A stretch of 36,078 bases of DNA from Candidatus Hydrogenedentota bacterium (GTDB lineage Bacteria; Hydrogenedentota; Hydrogenedentia; Hydrogenedentales; SLHB01), in contig BTWA01000019.1 of NCBI GenBank assembly GCA_045863295.1, positions 1 to 36,078 on the forward strand. Reading direction: 5' to 3'. The notes under the pieces are model-generated. The model searched no databases. It worked only from the letters and a program-made list of their open reading frames with translations, and was not told the DNA's origin. A program made the translations under genes and the position numbers. This document shows, piece after piece, positions 16,381 through 24,747 of the stretch. Position 1 is the first letter of the stretch. The number at the start of each line of letters is the position of its first letter.

Positions 16381-17100
16381 TCAGGGACGGCTTCCGAGAC
16401 CGAGCATTTGCCGGGGAATGGCTTCGCGCAGCAAGGTCACGAGCCGGTCTGACGCTTGTTTGGCTGTTTTAACGACGTGATCATGCGTCAGTTCCATGGG
16501 TTCGCAGCAATTGTTGGTCACACAGGATACGAGTGCGGCGCCCATGCCCAGTTCGTGACAGCGCATTGCTTCGGGCGCGGTGCTCATGCCCACCACATGG
16601 CCGCCGAGTTGTTGCAGTACTCGAATTTCGGCACGGGTTTCGTAGCTTGGTCCGTGGACCCAAAAGTACGTTCCCTCGTGGTCGCATCCGGAGAGGGTGA
16701 AGTCCAGCAGGATTTCGTTGGGGCGATTTGGCCATTGTGTATAGGGCCAGGTGCGAATGGTGTCGATCGCCACGAGCGCTCCGGGGTGCATTGCCGGCAC
16801 GAGTCCACCCACGGCATTTGTCATAATTACTTTTTGCACGCCGTATTGGTGGAGCACGTCGATTGACGCGGTCACCTGATCGTAGGAAAGTCCTTCATAG
16901 AAGTGAAGCCGCCCGGACTGCAGAATTACTTGGTAGGAATCCATCAAGCCGATCGTAAATGTGCCTGAATGGCCCAAAGCAGTGCATGCCCGCACGTTGG
17001 GGAAAGCCGCGAACGGACGTACATCGACCACGGTATCGAGCAATGGAGTCAAATCGAGGCCGGATCCCGACACCACCGCAATCGGCGCGAAGGATGTCAT
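16381..17100 (-). CDS. punA: Purine nucleoside phosphorylase (trimeric PNP-I type), shortened
   Basis: GSGL, GH.G, GRLHFYEG, TNAVGG, GPSYETRAE, VGMST.PE and VTN motifs. Confidence 0.9.
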   Translation of the reverse strand: MTSFAPIAVVSGSGLDLTPLLDTVVDVRPFAAFPNVRACTALGHSGTFTIGLMDSYQVILQSGRLHFYEGLSYDQVTASIDVLHQYGVQKVIMTNAVGGLVPAMHPGALVAIDTIRTWPYTQWPNRPNEILLDFTLSGCDHEGTYFWVHGPSYETRAEIRVLQQLGGHVVGMSTAPEAMRCHELGMGAALVSCVTNNCCEPMELTHDHVVKTAKQASDRLVTLLREAIPRQMLGLGSRP

Positions 17101-18140
17101 GCCGGCCAGGAATCGGGAAAGAACAGTTTTCGGTACAGGTGCAGGGCGTACTGGTCGGTCATGCCGGCCACGAAGTCCACAGTGCGCCGCTCCACCGAAT
17201 CATCGGGATTTCCCGCGAGACTTTCGGTGATGGGATGTTCCAGCAATCGCGGATACAATTCGCGCAGAATTTTTTTTGCTTTGCTGATTTCACGTTCGAT
17301 GGGCGCGGATGGATAAACGCTCTTGTAGAGATACTGGCGCAGGGCCATAGTCGCTTGCCTTACGTCGTCCACCATGCGCACGACACCGTCCTGGCTGCCT
17401 TCGATGAGTCCGACGACCATGGCATCGATCCGTTGAGACGATGTCCGCCCCAACCGTTCCAGCGCTTCCCTGGGGAGTTCATCGAGCGTAATGACGCCTC
17501 CCCTCACCGCGTCTTCGATATCATGGTTGATGTAGGCAATGGCGTCGCAGACGCTAACCACGTCGGCTTCCAGCGTGCCGCCCTGGTGGTCTGATTTTCC
17601 AAACAGGACGGCTTTGCCTCGCGAGTGATTGAGAATGCCGTCACGCACTTCTTTCGTCAGGTTGAGTCCACGGCCGGAGCGTCGTTGTTCAAGACAATCC
17701 ACGACCCGCAGGCTTTGCTCGGCATGATGAAATCCAGGCGCGTACAAGTCGTTTAAGACACTCTCTCCGGCGTGTCCGAAAGGGGTATGGCCGAGATCGT
17801 GGCCCAGTGCGATGGCTTCCGTGAGATCTTCGTTGAGAAAGAGCGCGCGCGAGACGGTTCTGCTGATTTGCATGACTTCGAGGGTATGCGTCAGGCGCGT
17901 GCGGAAGTGATCGTCGAGCGGCGCGAGAAAGACCTGCGTCTTGTGCTTCAGCCTTCGAAAGGATTTGGTGTGCAGGATCCGGTCGCGGTCGCGCTGGTAG
18001 GCCGTCCGGTAGCTATGTTCGTCTTCGCGGATTAGGCGGCCTTTGGATTCGGCGGCGAGCGAAGCGAAGGGGCTGAGCGTTTCGCGCTCGCGCTGTTCGA
18101 GGCGCTCGCGAATAGTCATCGTATGGGTCGGCAAGGCCAC
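17097..18140 (-). CDS. dgt: dGTP triphosphohydrolase (HD domain, short form)
   Basis: RTAYQRDRDRILH, FRRLKHKTQVF, RTRLTHTLEV, GHDLGHTPFGHAGE and DFVAGMTD motifs. Confidence 0.93.
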   Translation of the reverse strand: MALPTHTMTIRERLEQRERETLSPFASLAAESKGRLIREDEHSYRTAYQRDRDRILHTKSFRRLKHKTQVFLAPLDDHFRTRLTHTLEVMQISRTVSRALFLNEDLTEAIALGHDLGHTPFGHAGESVLNDLYAPGFHHAEQSLRVVDCLEQRRSGRGLNLTKEVRDGILNHSRGKAVLFGKSDHQGGTLEADVVSVCDAIAYINHDIEDAVRGGVITLDELPREALERLGRTSSQRIDAMVVGLIEGSQDGVVRMVDDVRQATMALRQYLYKSVYPSAPIEREISKAKKILRELYPRLLEHPITESLAGNPDDSVERRTVDFVAGMTDQYALHLYRKLFFPDSWPA

Positions 18141-18175
18141 GGTCTACACATCTCCACGGCGGGTTGATTGGATGG

Positions 18176-18904
18176 CTATTTGCCTTTGGCCAGGCGCCGG
18201 GCGAGTTCGCCCGGAAGGCCGGCCTGCATGATTTTCTTTTGGCACAGGTCGATATCATATTCAACACGGACAAATTCAAAGGTCATCTTCTGCAGGTCGA
18301 AGAGGCCGAACGCGGCGCGCGGATCGCGGTCTCTTGGCTGGCCCACCGCGCCAGGATTGACGAAGTACCGGTTGGCCGGATGCAGGGGGCACACGTTACT
18401 GCCGTTGATGGTGGAATTGCCTTTTTCACTGAAGAAGGAAGGCCGGTGGCTGTGACCGAAGAAGCACACGCGGATTCCTCGTCCATCGAGGTATTCCATC
18501 TGACGCATGGCATCCAGCCAGTCGATGATATAGTCGTCGCGGCTGCTGGGCGATCCGTGTACCCCAAGGTACTGATTTCGGAACACGATTTGTTCGGGGC
18601 AACTGGCCAGCCACTTCTTGTTGTCGTCGCGCAAGGTTTCGAAATGCCATTCAATGGCTTTTCGCGCGGCGCTCCGGAAGAACCAAGGGTCTTCGAGGCC
18701 GCACGCGGCGGCGTCGTGGTTGCCCATGACGGAGGGGATTTCGCGTTCCCGAATGATGTCGACGACCTCATTGGGATTGGCGTTATACCCGGTCAAATCC
18801 CCCAAGCAGATGGTTTTGTCCGGTTTTCGCCGATCGATCTCTTTGAACACCGCCTGCGTGGCCTCGAGATTCGAGTGCAAGTCGGCGATGACTGCTATCA
18901 GCAT
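18176..18904 (-). CDS. Calcineurin-like metallophosphoesterase (YfcE/MJ0912-like)
   Basis: DLHSN, GDLTGY, GNHD, HGSP, GHSH and NPGAVGQPRD motifs. ATG at 18904 follows a GGGAG RBS. Confidence 0.92.
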   Translation of the reverse strand: MLIAVIADLHSNLEATQAVFKEIDRRKPDKTICLGDLTGYNANPNEVVDIIREREIPSVMGNHDAAACGLEDPWFFRSAARKAIEWHFETLRDDNKKWLASCPEQIVFRNQYLGVHGSPSSRDDYIIDWLDAMRQMEYLDGRGIRVCFFGHSHRPSFFSEKGNSTINGSNVCPLHPANRYFVNPGAVGQPRDRDPRAAFGLFDLQKMTFEFVRVEYDIDLCQKKIMQAGLPGELARRLAKGK

Positions 18905-19137
18905 TAGGAACTCCCTGGCGCACTTTCTACCGCTGGTACCGCTGCTACGGGCAGACGGGACACAAAAAGCGCGCGCTTCTATCCGTATCGAAGAGCCCCG
19001 ACCCTCTACGACGCTCGGTGTGAACCCAGCAAAAGAACGGGGATTATGGCCGATTGTGTGGCCAAGCCGCAACGCCCTTGGGGCGTACTCCCTCTATGGG
19101 CCGTAATCCCACGCTAGTCTGCTACCAACTTCTGACG

Positions 19138-20166
19138 TTAAAACTCCTGAACAAACGGTTCCGGCCGTTCGGCGCGATCCGAGCCGCGCGCGGGCCGTTC
19201 CAGTATTTTTCTCAATTGTTGTGCTTTCTTCTTCGCATGCTCGTTGCCGGGATCCATGGCGAGCACCTTTTCGATGTTTTCGAGTGCGCGCGGGTAATCG
19301 CGGCGCTTGATGTACTGAACGCCGATATTGAATTGCGACACGATCGTCTTCTTTCGCAACCGCGCGGAGATCCCGTGTTTTTCCGAGGCAAGGCCGTATT
19401 GGATGAGCGCCTGCTCGTAGTTTCGTGTTTCGAAGTAGAAATCGCCCATGGTTTCTTCTTGCGTCATCACCGCCGGCGTGCCGGGGGAGGCCGCCTTGGC
19501 TTCCTTCTCGCGGGTCTTCTTCGCGACGTAGGCCTCCGGCGTATACACCTCTTTCACCGCGCTGCGTTCGACCAGAATGCTGATGTTGTTGCCTTCCTGA
19601 TCCTCCGGGATCAAAAAGAACCGGGGTTCGTCGAGGTTGCTGGCATGCAGCGAGTATCCTCGAATCACTTCGCCGTCCTGAAATTCGACGACCAATTCCT
19701 TGCCTTCCGGAGTCCATTCGCGAAAGCGCTCATGCTTGTCGTATTTGCCGTCAAAACTCTTGACGTAGAAGACCGCTTTCAATTCCGAAAACCGGACTTG
19801 ATCGGTCTTGCCCACGGATACGCCGTTCTTGTCCGTTCGATCCAGATGGAATGTGGATTCCTTTGGATTCAATGCGAAGCACACGCCGTAATCAATGCGC
19901 CCATCCTTATGCCGTACCACCAACCGTTGCCGCCCATGACGCTTGCGGTTTTGTTCCATGCGGCGCGCGTCTTTTTCCATCCGGTCCTGCCGGTGCTGGT
20001 CTCGTCGAACTCGCAGATCGTCGGTTATGTTGGCATGACGCACTTCGACCGGGATCAGGCCTCTCCGTCCTACTTCATTGACGGCGTCGGCTTCCGTCGC
20101 GACGTCCACGATCCCGAAATGTTCCGCCCCCGAATTGTCCACTGCGGTGAATGCAAACCTGGGCAT
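19138..20166 (-). CDS. PilC/GspF-N-terminal-like domain + DUF6982-like domain + TPR protein
   Basis: N-terminus MPRFAFTAVDNSG..G.V...E..A..EV..RGL.P. Central LKAVFYVKSFDG...VEFQDGEVIRG...FFLIP....NN. Two TPR-like helical repeats at the C-terminus. Strong AAGGAG RBS. Confidence 0.75.
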   Translation of the reverse strand: MPRFAFTAVDNSGAEHFGIVDVATEADAVNEVGRRGLIPVEVRHANITDDLRVRRDQHRQDRMEKDARRMEQNRKRHGRQRLVVRHKDGRIDYGVCFALNPKESTFHLDRTDKNGVSVGKTDQVRFSELKAVFYVKSFDGKYDKHERFREWTPEGKELVVEFQDGEVIRGYSLHASNLDEPRFFLIPEDQEGNNISILVERSAVKEVYTPEAYVAKKTREKEAKAASPGTPAVMTQEETMGDFYFETRNYEQALIQYGLASEKHGISARLRKKTIVSQFNIGVQYIKRRDYPRALENIEKVLAMDPGNEHAKKKAQQLRKILERPARGSDRAERPEPFVQEF

Positions 20167-20521
20167 GGCGTTCTCCTTTTGGACTCAAAAGAACTCCGCG
20201 TCCGCTATCTACGCCGGTCACTGTTCCGCCACGTGCGGAGAATGCGCGTTCCTCGATGCTTTCCTCGTTCCGAGATTGAATCTATCTCAGTCGATTGTAA
20301 CACGGCGGAACCCCTTCGCCTAATGCCGAGACCGTGGATAACCCGTTGTTTGCGAGTTACTTCCTGCGCTGTATTTGCATGGATCGGCCGAGGCCGATCG
20401 GCCGTCCGTACTGGCGCACGAATGCCATTTCCTTGGACTACCGGATTGCATCCGGAGTCGGAGGGTATTCTACGCTTTGCAATCCGCGTTTACAATGCAT
20501 GAATCCCGAAAATTCCGCGAA

Positions 20522-21862
20522 TTATTCCAGATAACCCGCAGCCTCCGACCCCTGGACCGGTAGAATGGTATCCGGTCCTCCCCCGGGCCGGTTGGCGTAG
20601 TAGGTGGACTCTACCGAGCGCATGAACACCTTCAACCGGTCAGTCGGTACAAGGCTGACTGTGCACCCTCCAAAGCCCGCCCCGGTTAACCGGGCACCCA
20701 GTGCACCGCCGTCGCGGGCCGCCTGTGCCAATGCATCCAGCGCGGGCGTGCTGACTTCCAACGCCTCCGCGCAACTCCGATGCGACTCGTTCATGATATG
20801 TCCGAGAGACTCGGCGTCTCCCGCCAACAATGCGTCGCGTCCTGCTTCGACGCGCTGGAATTCCGAAAGCAAATGCGTTGCGCGCGCTGCAAGCGGGAAT
20901 CCGTCCTTGGGTTCGTCGAGGTCGCCGAGCCATTGTTCGCGAATTGCGGATTCGTTGCAACCGATGCATCGCGAGGCTTCTTGGAGGGTCGTGCGGGCTG
21001 AGCGGAAGGTGGCGGCAAACAAGTCCGCGATCTCGCTGTGGGTGAGGCAGAGAGCGCCGTACCAGAGATCGGCAAGGCTCTCGATTTCAATTTCGCCGCC
21101 AAATTCCGCCTTGGCCCTCGCCTCCACCATGGCGCGCATAAGCGCGGTCAGGCGAGGGCCGGCATTGTACACGCCCACTTCTGTACCTGACTTGCGGGCT
21201 CTTTCCATTGAATCGCACACGACGAATGTGTAGCCGTCGATCAAGGGGACCTTTTCGACGCGCAACGGTCCAAAATCAATTTTTATCGCATGGTTTTCGC
21301 ACCCGAGCAAAATGACGGCCTGATCCATGCCGCCCCCGCGCGTGCCGGTGTATTGCTCTGCCTGGGCCAGCAACTCCGCGAGCGCCACCCTCGAGATTTC
21401 TTTTCCAAGGGTCATTCCAAGCACGCGCAGGTAGGCCAGCGCGGTCGCGACCACGAGGGCACTGGAAGAGCTAAGTCCGGCAGCGGCTGGCAGGTCGGCA
21501 TCGAAGACAATGTTCATGCCCGCGCCATTTCCAACCGCGCAATGCCGGTTCAACTCTTGGATGGCGGCCTTGGCGTAATTGACCCAGGAGCCTTGTTCGG
21601 AGGGCGGTATGGAATTGGCGGATGCGAACGATTCGCCGGGATAGCGGGCACTTGCGTTGCACACGGTGATTTCACCGCGCCCGGCCTCTGCGAATACAGC
21701 GGTGACGCCGCGATCGATGGCCATCGGCAATACAGGTAGACCCGCGTAATCCACATGTTCGCCCACCAGATTGACGCGCCCGGGGGCGTGGCAAACACCA
21801 GGCCGGGTTCCTTGTGGAAATTCCTTGCGGAAGCGTTCTATGAGAGATTCAGTGGCAATCAC
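20522..21862 (-). CDS. galK: Galactokinase / N-acetylgalactosamine kinase (GHMP family)
   Basis: APGRVNLVGEHVDY, AGLSSSSA, GGGMDQ and GARLTGAGFGG motifs. Confidence 0.9.
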   Translation of the reverse strand: MIATESLIERFRKEFPQGTRPGVCHAPGRVNLVGEHVDYAGLPVLPMAIDRGVTAVFAEAGRGEITVCNASARYPGESFASANSIPPSEQGSWVNYAKAAIQELNRHCAVGNGAGMNIVFDADLPAAAGLSSSSALVVATALAYLRVLGMTLGKEISRVALAELLAQAEQYTGTRGGGMDQAVILLGCENHAIKIDFGPLRVEKVPLIDGYTFVVCDSMERARKSGTEVGVYNAGPRLTALMRAMVEARAKAEFGGEIEIESLADLWYGALCLTHSEIADLFAATFRSARTTLQEASRCIGCNESAIREQWLGDLDEPKDGFPLAARATHLLSEFQRVEAGRDALLAGDAESLGHIMNESHRSCAEALEVSTPALDALAQAARDGGALGARLTGAGFGGCTVSLVPTDRLKVFMRSVESTYYANRPGGGPDTILPVQGSEAAGYLE

Positions 21863-21870
21863 GGCGGCGG

Positions 21871-21899
21871 ATTGTACCCGCGAGGGATGGAGGGGTCAA
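21871..21899 (-). promoter_or_regulatory. sigma70 promoter of galK
   Basis: TTGACC, 17 nt, TACAAT, ending 8 nt before the GTG start. Confidence 0.7.
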
Positions 21900-22089
21900 T
21901 GGCGAAGTTTGTGTCTTGAGTAATGTTATGCACCAGGATCGCACGCTGCGTGTAGTTTTCTTACCTCAGACCACGTTCGGCCAATTGAATATGGTGTGTG
22001 GCCAAGCGTTCGGATGGCGGGAACCTTGCCGTAATCGGCGTGTTACACTCGATGAGAATCGAGCACGCAGTTCCTACAGGAGAAGAGAT

Positions 22090-23115
22090 ATGAAGAGCGT
22101 ATCGATGAGCCTGGCGTTCGCGGCCGCATGTAGCTTTCTTGCGTTGGGCGCCCTTGCGGAAGAGCCAGCGGCAAAGCGAGTCAAGGCGGACGCCAACGGC
22201 GATGGCCAAATTACATTTCAGGAGTTGCAGGCGGCACGGCCGCAGGTCACGCAGGAGGAGTTCGACAAGCGTGATATCAATGACGATGGCGTATTGACGG
22301 ATGCGGACAAGTTGACCAATAAATCCGCGACGATGAAGGAAGACGCACCGGCCGCGGACAGCGGCGAGCGGGGGCGTCAACGCCGAGGTGAACCGGGCCA
22401 GATCTTTGCCCGCGCGGACGCCGACAAAGACGGCAAGGTTACGCTGGGTGAGATTCAGGCCATTGCACCGAATTTTCCCGAAGAGCGTTTCAAGTTGATG
22501 GACAAGAACGGCGATGGCCACGTTGAACGCGGCGAAATCCTTCAGGGGCCGGCGCAGGGCGAGGGCCAGGGGCCGGGTATGCTTTTCGCGCGCGCGGATG
22601 CGGACAAGGACGGCAGAATCACGATGGACGAAGTGGCCGCGATCGACGCGAACTTTCCGAAGGAACGGTTCCAGCAAATGGATTCGAATGCGGATGGCGC
22701 GGTGACCCAGGATGAACTTCGGAAGTTCGCGGGACGCCGGTTCGAGATCATGCGGAAGGCCGATACGAATGGGGATCGCCGCATATCCATGGAAGAAATG
22801 AAGACGGCGGATCCCAATTTCACCCAAGAGCAGTTTGCGCGCATGGACGTAAATGGCGATGGCATGCTGACCGAGGAGGATCGCCGGTCGGCGGTGCCGA
22901 ATAGGCAGGCGCAAGCCAGGAACATGCAGGCGGGTATGGCGCCGGAAGCGGACACCAAGTACAGCATGATCGCGAGCTTGATGTCGGCGGATTCGAATCA
23001 GGACGGCAGCGTGACGTTTGACGAAGTGGCCGCGGCGAAGCCCGGCCTGCCCCGCGAGGTGTTCGATCGGTACGATACAAACAAGGACGGTGTCGTTACG
23101 CCAGCGGATCGGTAA
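22090..23115 (+). CDS. Secreted EF-hand Ca-binding protein (10 EF-hand loops)
   Basis: AGGAG RBS and signal peptide. Five paired units with loops such as DANGDGQITFQE, DADKDGKVTLGE and DKNGDGHVERGE. Confidence 0.9.
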   Translation: MKSVSMSLAFAAACSFLALGALAEEPAAKRVKADANGDGQITFQELQAARPQVTQEEFDKRDINDDGVLTDADKLTNKSATMKEDAPAADSGERGRQRRGEPGQIFARADADKDGKVTLGEIQAIAPNFPEERFKLMDKNGDGHVERGEILQGPAQGEGQGPGMLFARADADKDGRITMDEVAAIDANFPKERFQQMDSNADGAVTQDELRKFAGRRFEIMRKADTNGDRRISMEEMKTADPNFTQEQFARMDVNGDGMLTEEDRRSAVPNRQAQARNMQAGMAPEADTKYSMIASLMSADSNQDGSVTFDEVAAAKPGLPREVFDRYDTNKDGVVTPADR

Positions 23116-23138
23116 GACATTTCGTAAATAGCCGTTGT

Positions 23139-23172
23139 TGACCGGTCATTCGGATGTTCGAATGGCCGGTCA
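23139..23172. terminator. Hairpin between the convergent EF-hand and murJ genes
   Basis: TGACCGGTCATTCGG / TCGAATGGCCGGTCA imperfect 15-bp stem overlapping the murJ stop. No clear U-tract. Confidence 0.5.
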
Positions 23173-24747
23173 CTTTAATTTTCTGCGCACGATGGCGACA
23201 AAGCTGTTGAGTTCAGGCAAGTCCATCAACCGGCACAGCGCGAAGTACGCGGCCGCGGCGAAACCCAGCGGCGCGGCGACGAGGATAAAGCGATTCGCCA
23301 CGGTGTCGCCTTGCAGGATTGGATGTAACCGCACGGACAGCGTATACGCGACGGCCGTCATGGCGGCGGTCGCCGTGAGCATGCGCACCATGGACGAACC
23401 GAACGGAGCATCCCACATGCGTCCGTATCGCTTGCACAGCATCAGGTACAGCACGGAAAAATTGACTACGTATGCAATAGTGGTGGCGGCGGCGAGGCCC
23501 ATGTATCCGAAGGGTTTGATGAAGAGGATATTCAAGACGATGTTGAGCAGCATGCAGGCCGAGCTGATGATGACGGGCGTGCGCGTGTCCTTGACGGCAT
23601 AGAACCCTGCGAGGACCACCTTGACCCAGGCGAACGCGAGCAGTCCCGCGGCGGCTATGGCGACCGCGCGGCCCGTTGCAATGGTTTCCTCTGGACCGAA
23701 ATGCCGGTATTCGAACAGCAGCCGGGCAATAGGTTCGCCGAGAAGGATCAATCCCATCATGGACGGCAAAATGAGGAATGAGGTTTGTCTCATGCCGACC
23801 AGGATGACTTCGCGGACGCCTGACTTGTCCTGACGCGCGGCGGCGGCGGAAGCGGCGGGAAGCACGGCGGCCGCGGTGGCCATGCCGAAGATGGACAGGG
23901 GCAATTGCACCAGGCGGTTTGAAAAGTAGAGCGCGTCCACGGCGAGATCGCCGAGGTTGTAGGCGAACATGGTGTCGACCAGCTTGTTTACTTCTCCGGC
24001 GGCCTGGCCGACGATAACGGGGCCGAGTAGCGCGAGGATGGTCAACACGCCGGGGTCGCGCAACCGGAAGCGCGGTCTTAGCACGCCGGCGTGTTTGCGC
24101 AGCGCCCACAGCATCACTGCCAATTGGGTAATGCCGCCGATCCAGACCCCGACCACCAGCGCGTACGCGGGTTCAGTAAATTGGTCCCGCAGGAGGACGA
24201 TGCAGGCGATCAGCGAGATATTTAATAACACGGGCGACCATGAGGGCGTGGAATAGTGGCGGACCGTAAAGAGCGCGCCCATGGCGAAGACCGACATGCC
24301 GATGAAGAACAGGTATGGGAAAGTCCAGCGGCCGAGTGCGACGAGAAGATGAACCGTTTCATCAGGGCGCTGTTTGGCTCCGGTGAAAGGCTCGATGGCG
24401 TCGAGGCCGTAGAGCAGAAAAGGCGTGAGGAGGACGCCGGCCGTGGTCAGTAGCGTCAAGAGAACAAGCATCATGCCCATGGCGCGCGAAACCAACGAGC
24501 GGAATTCTTCTTCGGAGCGTGTGTGCAATACTTCGGTGAATACCGGCACAAACGCCGCGTTGGATGCGCCTTCGCCAACGAGATCGCGCAGCATGTTGGG
24601 CAGACGGAATGCGGTGATGAATGCGGCGCGCGATTCCTGAGGGAGCAGGGGATAGGCCATATCGCGCACGAGCCCAAGCACGCGGCTCAGCATGGTGCCG
24701 GCGGCGAAAATGGCGGTGAATCGCGAGATGTCGCGTGACGAACTCAT
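23170..24747 (-). CDS. murJ: Lipid II flippase MurJ (MviN)
   Basis: SRVLGLVRD, AFRLPNMLRDLVGEGA..AAFVP, RLVQLPL and FYA.KDTRTP motifs with many TM helices. Confidence 0.96.
   Translation of the reverse strand: MSSSRDISRFTAIFAAGTMLSRVLGLVRDMAYPLLPQESRAAFITAFRLPNMLRDLVGEGASNAAFVPVFTEVLHTRSEEEFRSLVSRAMGMMLVLLTLLTTAGVLLTPFLLYGLDAIEPFTGAKQRPDETVHLLVALGRWTFPYLFFIGMSVFAMGALFTVRHYSTPSWSPVLLNISLIACIVLLRDQFTEPAYALVVGVWIGGITQLAVMLWALRKHAGVLRPRFRLRDPGVLTILALLGPVIVGQAAGEVNKLVDTMFAYNLGDLAVDALYFSNRLVQLPLSIFGMATAAAVLPAASAAAARQDKSGVREVILVGMRQTSFLILPSMMGLILLGEPIARLLFEYRHFGPEETIATGRAVAIAAAGLLAFAWVKVVLAGFYAVKDTRTPVIISSACMLLNIVLNILFIKPFGYMGLAAATTIAYVVNFSVLYLMLCKRYGRMWDAPFGSSMVRMLTATAAMTAVAYTLSVRLHPILQGDTVANRFILVAAPLGFAAAAYFALCRLMDLPELNSFVAIVRRKLK

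Noticed and set aside
16882..16895. AGGAAAGTCC, similar to the RNase P RNA signature
   Set aside because: It lies inside the PNP coding region and the other rnpB elements are absent.
20380..20500. Palindromes (GATCGGCC..GGCCGATC, GGATTGCA..TGCAATCC) and a sigma54-like TGGC..TGC
   Set aside because: GG-GC spacing is 9 rather than 10, and there is no c-di-GMP riboswitch consensus. The stems are short.
19054..20502. 482-aa plus-strand ORF
   Set aside because: Antisense shadow of the PilC-N/DUF6982/TPR gene, typical of GC-rich codon bias.
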